DNA from: Octopus bimaculoides
Taxonomy: Eukaryota
Assembly: GCF_001194135.2 (NCBI RefSeq)
Contig: NC_068982.1
Coordinates: 107,155,557-107,219,556, forward strand
Direction: 5' to 3'
Length of the DNA: 64,000 nt
Below are positions 38,551 through 50,694 of this stretch, in pieces. The notes beneath the pieces are model-generated. The model was given only the letters and a program-made list of their open reading frames with translations, had not been told where the DNA came from and ran no database searches. Every line of letters starts with the position of its first letter. Positions within the stretch are counted from its first letter, which is position 1. Made by a program: the position numbers and the translations under genes.

Positions 38551-38726
38551 AATTTTCAGAAGGAGATAAAAATCCAAGGCTGTGAAAGATTTTAGAACAT
38601 TTATAAATAGAAGGTCTTACAGCTGTTTCCGGGATATATAAAATATCCCGGAAACAGCTGTAAGACCTATTTATAAATGTTCTAAATTCTTTCACAGCCT
38701 TGGATTTTTATCTCATTCTGAAAATT
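38551..38726. repeat. 176-bp fold-back palindrome, ~85-bp arms, flanked by TA repeats
   Basis: AATTTTCAGAAGGAGATAAAATCCAAGGCTGTGAAAG..TTACAGCTGTTTCCGGGATAT-ATAAA-ATATCCCGGAAACAGCTGTAAG..CTTTCACAGCCTTGGATTTTTATCTCATTCTGAAAATT. Confidence 0.92.
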
Positions 38727-41149
38727 TATATATATAAACGAAAAATAATTCGTAACATATCATAGAACAGGAATTAATTCATGTTATAAAATAAATAACA
38801 TTAAATTTATTAGCACAAGGTTGAACGCAAATACATGCTCAAGGTTTCAAACAAATCAAGTAGATTAATAGAAAAGGTACTCATATGAGAGGACAAAATA
38901 AATGGTATTCCGCCCCACAAATGTCAAATTTCTCTTTTTCCCTACAGCATAGGAATTTATTCAAATAACCAACTTCATTGCATAATTTCTCGTGACGTTA
39001 CCATCATCTCCTAGTCTGGATATATCTGTCTATATCTATCAATGATTTAGTTCTAATTAACTATAAATAATTACCATGCGGTAAGTAGCGCCCACTGTTG
39101 AAAGCAGTGGGAGCAATGTATACGTAAAGCTGCAAGCGTTGCTAATGTTACATCCTCTCATGGACACGAAAAGGGCAATGAGTAACTTAACTTTTGGAGC
39201 ACGCATTTTCAGCGTCTGCCGATTCACTCGCTTGGTTTTGTCATTGAGTCTACACAAAGCCTCCCATTAATGGTCAAGGAAGAAGGAGCAAGTGACATGG
39301 AGAGAGAGAGAATAAAGAGTTAGAGAGAGAGAGAAAGAGTAAGAGGGAGGGACAGAGAGAGAAAGAGTAAGAGAGAGAGAGAGAGAGATGGGGAGTGTCA
39401 ATGAGGGAGCCTTATATCGACTCACGACCAGCTAGAAATATCAACTTAAATGTCTCTGAAATCAAGTCCTACTGTCTTACAAAAGAAAGAAATATTCGAA
39501 AATGTGGCCCTAGATACACCACGTTTAAAAAAGAGAACAAGATAGGATCTTCACGATAGGAATATCGTTGACTTGTTTAACCACGGCTGGCATGCAGTTA
39601 AACAAAACCAGCACCGCTAACAATGACAACAACGACTACCACAACAGCAACAAATTAACGCACGACTCTTTAACAAAAATACAGTATGAAGAGAAAATTA
39701 TATGAAGTAACGAAAGCCAATTAACATATAGAGGCAGGTCTAAGAGACAGATTAATACTGCACACTGCTGATGAGAGCCATTGCGCTGAGACAAAGACTT
39801 TCCTGGTGAACCTCCAGTTCTCCATTTGCGAGTGTTCATAGTCAACATTAATGTGCTAAACCCTCTCTCTCTCTTCCTCTCTATCTCCCTTTCTCCCCCT
39901 CTCTCTTTCTCACACACGCACTATCGCTCAATACATCTGAGTATCAAATTTATTTTTGATAGCGAGAGCATTGACCATCACTTAGAAGTTTCATTATTGT
40001 TAGCTTTGTCGGACTGATACATACATACATACATACATACATACATACATACATACATACATACATACATGCATACATACATACATACATGCATACATGC
40101 ATACACACATACATACATACATACATACATACATACATACATACATACATACATACATACATACGTATGTCATTGGAAGCTAAAACTTTGCAAATCCTTA
40201 CACTGAATTTCTAGTTTCCAGCATTTGGTCGAATATTTAATTGTCTGAAGATCGTAAAGAAGAAAATCAGAAATGATTTCTGAAATTTCAGCTTACAATA
40301 CATTATATTTTATTACTCTACTTTCCGTGTTGTGTGTTCTCTTTCTTTCATATTGTTTTCACGTAAGTGTTCACACACAACATCTGGTGATTGTATGTGT
40401 ATGTGTGTGTTTATGTATATTTTTTTTTGTATGTGTGTGCCCGCATTCGTCATGCATGTGAGTGTCTGTATGTGTGTGGGGATTTGTGTGTTTGTGCGCG
40501 TTTGTGCGTTAATGCGGGTAGTATTTATATGTATTCGTGTGCGCGTGTGATATTATCTTAACTCCCACCGATTTTCGTAATTAACTTCTGATATTTACAA
40601 CCTGCTAAGGTTAGAGCAAAGCTGGGTTTGGGTTTGAGTGAATTACGGTTAGGATAGGGACTAATATTAAGAGTGGATTAGAATTGGGACTAACTGNNNN
40701 NNNNNNNNNNNNNNNNNNNNNNNNNNNNNNNNNNNNNNNNNNNNNNNNNNNNNNNNNNNNNNNNNNNNNNNNNNNNNNNNNNNNNNNNNNNNNNNNNNNN
40801 NNNNNNNNNNNNNNNNNNNNNNNNNNNNNNNNNNNNNNNNNNNNNNNNNNNNNNNNNNNNNNNNNNNNNNNNNNNNNNNNNNNNNNNNNNNNNNNNNNNN
40901 NNNNNNNNNNNNNNNNNNNNNNNNNNACATACACACATACATACATACATACATACATACTTAAAAACATATATACATATATTCATAGTCATACATACAT
41001 ACATACATACATACATACATACATACATACATACATACGACGGACACCCACATAGTTTCCTTTCGCGAAATACATTCACAAGGCTCGGGGCTATTGCCCA
41101 AGACGCCATGCAGTGAGACTAAGCTCAAAGCATGGTGATTTAAACTCCT

Positions 41150-41508
41150 ATTAATTATTATTATTATTATCATTGAGTGAGAGAGCAGTGCATGCCATCA
41201 AAGTGACACTGGGGTAAGATATACAAAGCCCAATATACCCATCATGACTACCCGTCTGATAAGGGTACACCAGGCACATGCATCACAACCATATGTGCAT
41301 GACGTGGTGATCTCATATCAAGATAAACAGAGCATGACCTCGCAGGTGGGGCCCGGTTAGAATTTTTTTCAGGTTGAGTAGCCCATCCCACTCAAAAAGT
41401 CCCTGGATAAGGTTTGTTTAAGGATGTTGAGCAAAACACCCATGTTTCCAAAGGTGAATTATTCAAACTCCAAAGAACTCCTCTCAACACATGGCTATGA
41501 TACTCCCC
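41150..41508 (-). mobile_element. Retroposon family D copy with (AAT)n tail
   Basis: Reverse complement aligns with 32090-32460. Confidence 0.75.
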
Positions 41509-42090
<582 letters not shown>

Positions 42091-43089
42091 GATGAGACGG
42101 GCATCGGCTATGACACGTTTCAGGGACTCCGAGATGAGTGAAAGGAAGAGAACAAGTAATCCTCTTGCAATCGAGTAGACTTCGCTAAAAGCATTAAATT
42201 AGACTGGCTGGCTAATTTAAGCCTATAATCCAAGAACAGAAACGGTCATTCCTATTGACTTCCACTCTAAATGTTTCTAATAAGACTTCCACTGATAAAT
42301 TTCACTAATGAAGTTTTAATTGATCCACAGTTATACTGGCAGAAACTTGTCCAGCGTGCGGTCCAAATGAACACTATTTATACCATTAATCCTTGAAATC
42401 GACGGTTCTCAAACTGGCAAATACCAGCCCAACATACCGCCCAACTCCACCCCACTCCACCCACTCCACCCCACTCCACNNNNNNNNNNNNNNNNNNNNN
42501 NNNNNNNNNNNNNNNNNNNNNNNNNNNNNNNNNNNNNNNNNNNNNNNNNNNNNNNNNNNNNNNNNNNNNNNNNNNNNNNNNNNNNNNNNNNNNNNNNNNN
42601 NNNNNNNNNNNNNNNNNNNNNNNNNNNNNNNNNNNNNNNNNNNNNNNNNNNNNNNNNNNNNNNNNNNNNNNNNNNNNNNNNNNNNNNNNNNNNNNNNNNN
42701 NNNNNNNNNNNNNNNNNNNNNNNNNNNNNNNNNNNNNNNNNNNNNNNNNNNNNNNNNNNNNNNNNNNNNNNNNNNNNNNNNNNNNNNNNNNNNNNNNNNN
42801 NNNNNNNNNNNNNNNNNNNNNNNNNNNNNNNNNNNNNNNNNNNNNNNNNNNNNNNNNNNNNNNNNNNNNNNNNNNNNNNNNNNNNNNNNNNNNNNNNNNN
42901 NNNNNNNNNNNNNNNNNNNNNNNNNNNNNNNNNNNNNNNNNNNNNNNNNNNNNNNNNNNNNNNNNNNNNNNNNNNNNNNNNNNNNNNNNNNNNNNNNNAG
43001 CCGCTAAGTTACGGTTGTCAAGCGGTAGGAAGGCGGGGGGGGGGACTATTACAGACACTGAGACATTCAAACATGCATTATATATATAT

Positions 43090-43520
43090 ATATATTCTTT
43101 TATTCTTTTACTTGTTTCAGTCATTTCACTGCGGCCATGCTGGAGCACCGACTTAAAGGGTTTTAGTCGAAGAAATCGACCCCGAGAATAATTCTTTGTA
43201 AGCCTACTACTTATTCTATCGATCTCTTTTACCGAACCGCTAGGTTACGGAGACATAGACACACCAGCATCGGTTGTCGAGCAATGGCGTTGGGGGTACA
43301 AACAAACACACACACACACACACAAATACGAATACAAATGCATATATATATATATATATACGACAGGCTTCTTTCAGTTTCCATCTACCAAATCCACTCA
43401 CGAAGCTTTGGTAGACTCGAGGCTATAGTAGAAGACATTTGCCCAAAGTGCGACGCAGTGGGACTGAACCTGGAACCATGTGTTTGAGAAACAAGCTTCT
43501 TACCACACAGCCACGCTTGC
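43090..43520 (-). mobile_element. SINE family B, full-length reference copy
   Basis: Head GTGGCTGTGTGGTAAGAAGCTTG..GGTTCCAGGTTCAGTCCCACTGCG, internal (TA)n(TG)n, tail ending GACTGAAACAAGTAAAAGAATAAAAG. Confidence 0.9.
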
Positions 43521-43810
43521 ACCATGTAAACTTAATTAAACACGACAGTTTGTCCACCTCACTTTCGATCCTTAGAGGCCTATTTCCCTATCAGAAGCAC
43601 TACTCTAGACTCAAACTTCCTCTTTTTCACTCTTCACTAAAATGAACAAATAACTAAATAAATTAATAAAATATAACAATGTTACTGTAATCTGTTATAT
43701 CTAGTAATAGTTTTTTTGCAGGAAAAATTAACAAATAAAATATGCATAACAAAAAATTATTTGAAAAAATTTAAAATAAAAGCATTCCAATCAAAATATT
43801 AAGTGTGTTT

Positions 43811-43865
<55 letters not shown>

Positions 43866-43975
43866 ATAGATAGTGGGACTGTTTATTCTTTCCATCTTCA
43901 ACTGAGGCTTATGATGTTCAGTATCAGGATTTGATGAAAATATACATACACACACACACTCAGACTTGTATGTAA

Positions 43976-44006
<31 letters not shown>

Positions 44007-46102
44007 TGTATCTATCTATCTATCTATCACGCTCTCTTTCTTTATATATATGTATATATANNNNNNNNNNNNNNNNNNNNNNNNNNNNNNNNNNNNNNNN
44101 NNNNNNNNNNNNNNNNNNNNNNNNNNNNNNNNNNNNNNNNNNNNNNNNNNNNNNNNNNNNNNNNNNNNNNNNNNNNNNNNNNNNNNNNNNNNNNNNNNNN
44201 NNNNNNNNNNNNNNNNNNNNNNNNNNNNNNNNNNNNNNNNNNNNNNNNNNNNNNNNNNNNNNNNNNNNNNNNNNNNNNNNNNNNNNNNNNNNNNNNNNNN
44301 NNNNNNNNAGAGAGAGAGAGAGAGAAAGAGAGAGATGCGCGCGTCCCATTCCTTTCCACTTAGATTTGTGTTGATGCATAACAAAAAAAAAAAAAATCAA
44401 AAATACTGTGGAATAATAAAAGTAAATGCTATATCATACAAATATCATACTATAAATACTATATTATTGCTAAAATTACTTGAAAGTCTATTTATAGCCC
44501 TACTCTTTAAAATCTCATTCAGATAACACCGTAAGTAAGCTGTAATTATAAACACTAAGTATATAGCATTATATACAGAATATAATTGTTCTTATAACAC
44601 ATAACATAAAATTCCATGTGTGAATATCAATATTCTTAAGAGAATTCTAAAGAGCCTGGTGCTTCTGAAAATAAACCAATATTCTGAAGAGAACTGTAGA
44701 GTGCGTATTAAGTAGATGTAATCTCTTGGCAATCCAAGGCCTCAACTCGGTATCGATTCTCGGTGGTTAGCATTCATGTAGTTATGTCACTGATATTATT
44801 TAGAAAGTTATAAGCGTCACACACGTTCTTATTTGCCCATAGTTGTAGGTCCGAAGCCTTGTGGTTATGTAAGAAATCGATACTCAACGGAAATCTATAG
44901 ATTCTGATATCAAATTCGAAAACGAAATTCGATAAAAGATACACACTGATCTGCATCATGCAACATCAAATTTTGTACAGACCTTTATATTTTTATATGA
45001 AATTCTATTTTTATATCTGAACATATATGAAATACACATAGTATATTATTCTCTACCGATTTAGAGATATTAATACTAAAAATTTATATGACTTGAGTAT
45101 ATAAATTTATTTACACAGTTATATAATTTAATACGATTTTCCGTAGAGATCTATATTGTTTAATATGAAATTTTATCCGTACACCATGGTAAATAAAACG
45201 AAAGATAGTGGACGCTCAAAATTCTTATTCTAACTCTTTAATATTTAATGCTTCAGTCTGTCAGCCATAGAGTATAACCACGGCAGTTGTTAGCTGCACT
45301 TTGCTGGGGGGGGGGGAGGTAGGTGCACATTCCACTTCATAATATCCTAGTGCTGATGAAGCCAGGAAAAAGAAATTGTTATAATGCAAACAGAACGTCT
45401 TTGTTTGGACGCTGTATTATAGCGAGAATTCTTTCTACATAGCTTACATGTATCTCGGAATCGCTAGTGTGTACGTGTCCCACGTACTACATAACAGCCT
45501 TGTGTACAGGTGCAATATTAGATAAGAGTTTAGCAGCACATTAGAACATATATTGCAGCAGCTTGCACAGGTAATTTCTGCGCAAATCAATCTCATCTAT
45601 AGACAAGTAGACTACTACAGAATAGCATTACTATTATTGATATATTAATGTGTATCTCAATATAACCACATAAACATAGATAGATATGAACAAAACAAAA
45701 AAGAAAAGAAAAGAAAAGAAAAAGAGAAGAAACGAAAAGAACGAAAGAAACAAAGAAACAAAGAAACCAAGATAATTTGTATCGTCTGCTAGAAATTAAA
45801 AATTATAAACGCAAGAGATCGTTTTGGAAAGTGGTGGTGGTGGTGGTGGTGGTGACGGGAATGAATGAGTGTTACGACAAAAAGTGAAAAGGCAAATTAA
45901 TAGCACATTTCAACTGAATAAATGTAGCAGTAAACTATCTTTAACAAATTATCCCCTTAAAAATAAACGAAGTAAGAAAAATGTTTTTCGATTTTACTCT
46001 CCTATGTAAGTTTAGAAAACATAAACGATAACTACAGATACGAACATGCGTACACATATATAGGAAAAAGGAAAAACAAAACAAAACAAATGTAATATTT
46101 AC

Positions 46103-46255
46103 CTTAAAAAGCACACCAACAATGGCTTTGTTGTCTATTTTAGAAGGATTAAAATCTTGGACGTTCAAAGCTCCGATACGCGGGAATGTAGCGTAGGATA
46201 GAGGGACAATAGTCAGTAATAAAAGACATTTGAGAAATTGGTTATCAGTGGGCAT
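46103..46255 (-). CDS. DNASE1: First coding exon of a secreted deoxyribonuclease-1-like protein (remaining exons not located)
   Basis: MPTDNQFLKCLLLLTIVPLSYA (signal-peptide-like) then TFPRIGALNVQDFNPSKIDNKAIVGVLFK, matching the DNase I N-terminus LKIAAFNIQTFGETKMSNATLVSYIVQ. ATG context GCAACATG. Phase-0 donor AAG|GTAAAT at 46102-46101, the position of the intron after ...YIVQ in vertebrate DNASE1. The symbol denotes the family, not proven orthology. Confidence 0.8.
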
Positions 46256-46278
46256 GTTGCGTGTATTAGATGACGGCT

Positions 46279-46352
46279 AAGCTGAAAGTACAGACTCATA
46301 CAGTCTGAATGTGCAATATATAAGGCGGGATTCTACTTGAGCATAAGCCAAT
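46279..46352 (-). promoter_or_regulatory. Candidate core promoter of the DNase I-like gene
   Basis: On the minus strand: ATTGG/CCAAT (46347-46352), GC-box CCCGCC (46324-46329), TATATA (46316-46321), then TCAGCT (~46284-46279). The latter could instead be a splice acceptor (tctgtactttcAG). Confidence 0.4.
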
Positions 46353-46428
46353 AGGAAAGTGGATAGGGGTTTATGATTTATTTTTAGTGTGTATGTGTGT
46401 GTGTGTGCGTGCGTATGTGCGTGCGTGC

Positions 46429-46460
<32 letters not shown>

Positions 46461-46625
46461 GNNNNNNNNNNTGTGCGTGTGTGCGTACGCGCGTATAAGT
46501 GTGCGTGCAGTGAATGTGAATCTATATGTGCTTGTCATTGTGTCTGTGTGTGCGAGCACGGGCATTCTTGCAAAATCATGCGCATGCGAACATACATACA
46601 TACATATAAATATATGTGTGTGTGT

Positions 46626-46664
<39 letters not shown>

Positions 46665-47139
46665 TCACACACACATTCAAATACATATATACTCATAAAC
46701 ATACACACTTACATATACATGTGTGTATGTGCGTGCGTTTATGTGTGTGTGTGTGTGTGTGTGTGTGGATACACACACACATATACCCGTCTACCACACT
46801 CACACATGTATACACGCACACACGCACACACACGCACACACTCACTAATACACTCACACACCATACAAGTGTCTATCTGTCTCGCTTACTGAAATAAATT
46901 TTGTCACCAGAGTATTAACTACATAACTATTTCAATTCTGCTTATAACTTTTTGAATGTTTTGTTTTTAAATTCCATCCAAGTCATTATATTGTAATTTC
47001 CTGGAATTTCAACTTGAAAACTGTGTACCACTCATTGGCATTACAGCCATTTTTTTCCTATTTTTGTCTTAATTAGGTTTTTACTTTCCGTGTTTATTCT
47101 CCAATTCAAACGCGTTCAAATTTAGTTGATGTGCCTATT

Positions 47140-47350
47140 ATACTCATAAACACACATGCAGGCACAAATTCATATATACGAATATATATGTGTGCGTGTG
47201 TGTGCGTGCGTGCGTGCGTGCGTGCGTGTGTGTGTGTGTGTGTGAATGTATGCCTGTGTATGTATGTATGTCTGTATATATATGTGTGTATATATATATG
47301 TGTGTGTGTGCATGTGTGTTGTGTGTGCGTGTGTATGCATATACACACGG

Positions 47351-47385
<35 letters not shown>

Positions 47386-47388
47386 CAT

Positions 47389-47420
<32 letters not shown>

Positions 47421-47473
47421 GTATATGCACACATACATACTAATATATATGTACATAACACATGTATGAGTAT

Positions 47474-47518
<45 letters not shown>

Positions 47519-47534
47519 TATATATGTATGTATG

Positions 47535-47570
<36 letters not shown>

Positions 47571-47600
47571 GACGTATGTATGTATACACATGCATATTTA
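47140..47600. repeat. Compound TG/TA/CA/GTAT microsatellite block
   Basis: Direct reading. Confidence 0.9.
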
Positions 47601-48109
47601 TTTGTAAAACAAATGATGTGTCTGTCCCATGTTGTGCAACAATATACTTTTCTATTACCATAGCAATTCAAAAGCATTTTGCTATATTTACGATATCGAG
47701 AAACTATTAAATCTATTACGACCTTTTTTTGTTATCCTTTTTAATTTATAATATATCTAATAATTTCCCAATATTTTAATTCATTCTAGTTGCTAAAACT
47801 GTTCGTCTGTTCGTCCATTCCGCTGTTTAATTAATATGGATCGTTGCAACAATATATACAATGAATGACATAGAACCACATAACGAAAGAAAAGAGACGA
47901 GTAACAAAAGCCAGAGGTATTGATTTTCGTGATTAAAAGTATCTATTAAAATATACTTCAGTCTTGTTCTCGTCAGTTAAGTGAACTGAGTCCCATAGAA
48001 TAATGCAAAGTGTCTTGCCAACGAACTGTACTGAACGTTTGTACACCTGCAGCAGTGCAGGAACTGGAACAGTGTGTGTGTTTGCATGTGTGTATTTATG
48101 AGCTTATCT

Positions 48110-48330
48110 TTTTTATTGTTGATCTTTTACTAGTTTCAGTGATTGAACTGCGGCCATGTATGGGTACAGCCTTGAAAAGTTTGTCGAACAAATCGACCCC
48201 AATACTTAGAATAATGCATAAACACCCTTAGTATTTATTCCGTCTGTCTCTTTTGCCAAGCCGTAATGTTACGGGGACGTAAACAAACCAACACCAGTTA
48301 TCAAGCAGGGGAGGGGAGCAAAAACATACA
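48110..48330 (-). mobile_element. SINE family B, 3' half
   Basis: TTTTACTAGTTTCAGTGATTGAACTGCGGCCATG..GTTACGGGGACGTAAACAAACCAACACC. Confidence 0.8.
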
Positions 48331-48366
48331 CAAACACACACGCGCACACACCACACACACGCACAC

Positions 48367-48404
<38 letters not shown>

Positions 48405-49199
48405 NNNNNNNNNNNNNNNNNNNNNNNNNNNNNNNNNNNNNNNNNNNNNNNNNNNNNNNNNNNNNNNNNNNNNNNNNNNNNNNNNNNNNNNNNNNNNNNN
48501 NNNNNNNNNNNNNNNNNNNNNNNNNNNNNNNNNNNNNNNNNNNNNNNNNNNNNNNNNNNNNNNNNNNNNNNNNNNNNNNNNNNNNNNNNNNNNNNNNNNN
48601 NNNNNNNNNNNNNNNNNNNNNNNNNNNNNNNNNNNNNNNNNNNNNNNNNNNNNNNNNNNNNNNNNNNNNNNNNNNNNNNNNNNNNNNNNNNNNNNNNNNN
48701 NNNNNNNNNNNNNNNNNNNNNNNNNNNNNNNNNNNNNNNNNNNNNNNNNNNNNNNNNNNNNNNNNNNNNNNNNNNNNNNNNNNNNNNNNNNNNNNNNNNN
48801 NNNNNNNNNNNNNNNNNNNNNNNNNNNNNNNNNNNNNNNNNNNNNNNNNNNNNNNNNNNNNNNNNNNNNNNNNNNNNNNNNNNNNNNNNNNNNNNNNNNN
48901 NNNNNNNNNNNNNNNNNNNNNNNNNNNNNNNNNNNNNNNNNNNNNNNNNNNNNNNNNNNNNNNNNNNNNNNNNNNNNNNNNNNNNNNNNNNNNNNNNNNN
49001 NNNNNNNNNNNNNNNNNNNNNNNNNNNNNNNNNNNNNNNNNNNNNNNNNNNNNNNNNNNNNNNNNNNNNNNNNNNNNNNNNNNNNNNNNNNNNNNNNNNN
49101 NNACTGGGACACACACATAGTAAATCTGAAACTGCTTTATTCCAAGATTAAAACAAAAAATTATTTTATATGAGATTTCGTTAATAAATAGACAAATGT

Positions 49200-49348
49200 T
49201 GAAAAAAAAAAAAATAAATAACGGTGATTTTAACTCACAGCATCCAATTATTAAACATTCATAATTGGAATGAATAAATAAAATTGAATATTAAGTATTT
49301 ATGGAATTTTGATTTACTGTCGGGTGACATTTGGCCAACCTTGTATAA
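49200..49348. mobile_element. Right end of the Tc1/mariner MITE family seen at 18.4-18.6 kb
   Basis: ATTTATGGAATTTTGATTTACTGTCGGGTGACATTTGGCCAACCTTGTA. Confidence 0.7.
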
Positions 49349-49419
49349 ACGCACACACACATATGTATGCATGTATGTATGTATGTAAGTATGTATGTAT
49401 CCACGCGACGGGTTTTTTG

Positions 49420-49725
49420 CTGTAGAAAACAATTGCCCGAGGTGCCACGCAGTGGGACTGAGACCAGAACCATGTAATTGTGAAGCAAACTTCTTAACAT
49501 ATCTGCCGTTTTTTTTATACATTTGTCCCTCCATCATTGCTTAACAATCGGAGTTGGGTTGTTTACATCTCGTAACTTAGCTATTTGGCAAAAGAGACCA
49601 ACAGAATGAGTATCAGACTTTAAAAAAAATGCAAATACTTGGGACGATTTGATCGACAAAGCCCTTCAAGCCGGGACCCCGGCATGGTCGAAGTCCAATG
49701 ACTGAAACAAGTGAAAGATAAGAAT
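49420..49725. mobile_element. SINE family B fragments: head on minus strand, tail on plus strand
   Basis: TGCCCGAGGTGCCACGCAGTGGGACTGAG (minus-strand head) at ~49435-49500; CGTAACTTAGC..GACTGAAACAAGTGAAAG (plus-strand tail) at ~49520-49725. Confidence 0.65.
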
Positions 49726-49788
49726 AGCCGGTAACTTTAAAATTGTTGTGCTCCAGTATGGCCATTGTACGGTGACTGAAAGCAGTGA

Positions 49789-50258
49789 AAGGATAAGAAA
49801 ATATTGGTTTAAAATTTTGGCACAAGGCCAGAAATTTCAAAGGAGTGGGTAAGTCGATTACACCGACCCCAATACTCAACTGGTACTTATTTTATCGACT
49901 CCGAAAGGATGAAAATCAAAGCCGACCTCGGCGGAATTTGAACTTAGAATGTAAAGACGGACGAAATGCCACTAAGTATTTTGCCCAGCACGGTAACGAT
50001 TCTGGCAGCCACCGCCTTCAAGAATAAGAAAATATTAGTTTCAAATTTTGGAACAAGGCCATCAAGTTTTGGGGTGGGGTAAGTCGATTATATCGACCCC
50101 AGTGCTCAACTGGTACTTATTTTATCAAATCCGAAGGTTGAAAAGCAAGTCGACCTTGGCGGAATTTGAACGTAAAGACGGACGAAATGCTGCTAAGCAT
50201 TTTTTCCGGAACAGTTACGACTCTGCCAGCTCACCGCCTTGAAGAATAAGAAAATATT
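49789..50258 (-). mobile_element. Two tandem SINE-A copies in an X-SINE-X-SINE-X arrangement
   Basis: X = AAG(G/A)ATAAGAAAATATT at 49789-49805, 50020-50036 and 50242-50258. Confidence 0.88.
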
Positions 50259-50606
50259 AAAATATGAAAATAAAAGAATATATTCCGCAAACTTCATCTG
50301 CAAGCAGAACAGATAAAAAATTTTGGTGTACAGAAATATTTCAGATGTCGAAAAATTATGAATTCATTAGATGTTGCTAGCTGTTTTTGTTGATATCAGT
50401 CATTATATTTATACAAAATTTAAAATCAGGAATGCAAATCACGATGAATTTAGAGCTTATCATTGCTAGAACGATGATGCAGAGTTCTTTTTAAATATGT
50501 GATTATGAAAGTGAATGTTAAAATGTAACATTTCTGCTCAATTTAACTGAAATAAATAATTCGTGGGTTATTTGAGATAAATCGAGCGGAAATGATTCTT
50601 CCAGGA

Positions 50607-50694
50607 TAGCGTTTCCCAAAATGATTTCCGATAAACTTGGCGTTTTGTGAAAAATTCTAGTCGTTCCACAACGAAATAAGTTCGGAAACCACTG
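50607..50694. mobile_element. Very short hAT-type MITE (~88 bp)
   Basis: TAGCGTTTCCCAAA at the left end and AAGTTCGGAAACCACTG at the right end, similar to the hAT TIR at 20843. Confidence 0.55.

Noticed and set aside
39057-39257. Minus-strand ORF ending at ATG|GTAATT as a second DNase exon or a signal-peptide exon
   Set aside because: No DNase I motifs and no clear acceptor; not recognisable.
45510-45570. Plus-strand exon candidate (FSSTLEHILQQLAQ|gtaatt)
   Set aside because: All three frames are closed from the good acceptor; the alternative acceptor is weak and the peptide is too short to assign.
45760-45800. Minus-strand AGA CGA TAC..ATT ATC TTG GTT as DNase exon 2 (RRYDIILV)
   Set aside because: Needs a frameshift, lacks the following QE.RD and runs into a GAAA-type repeat; chance match.
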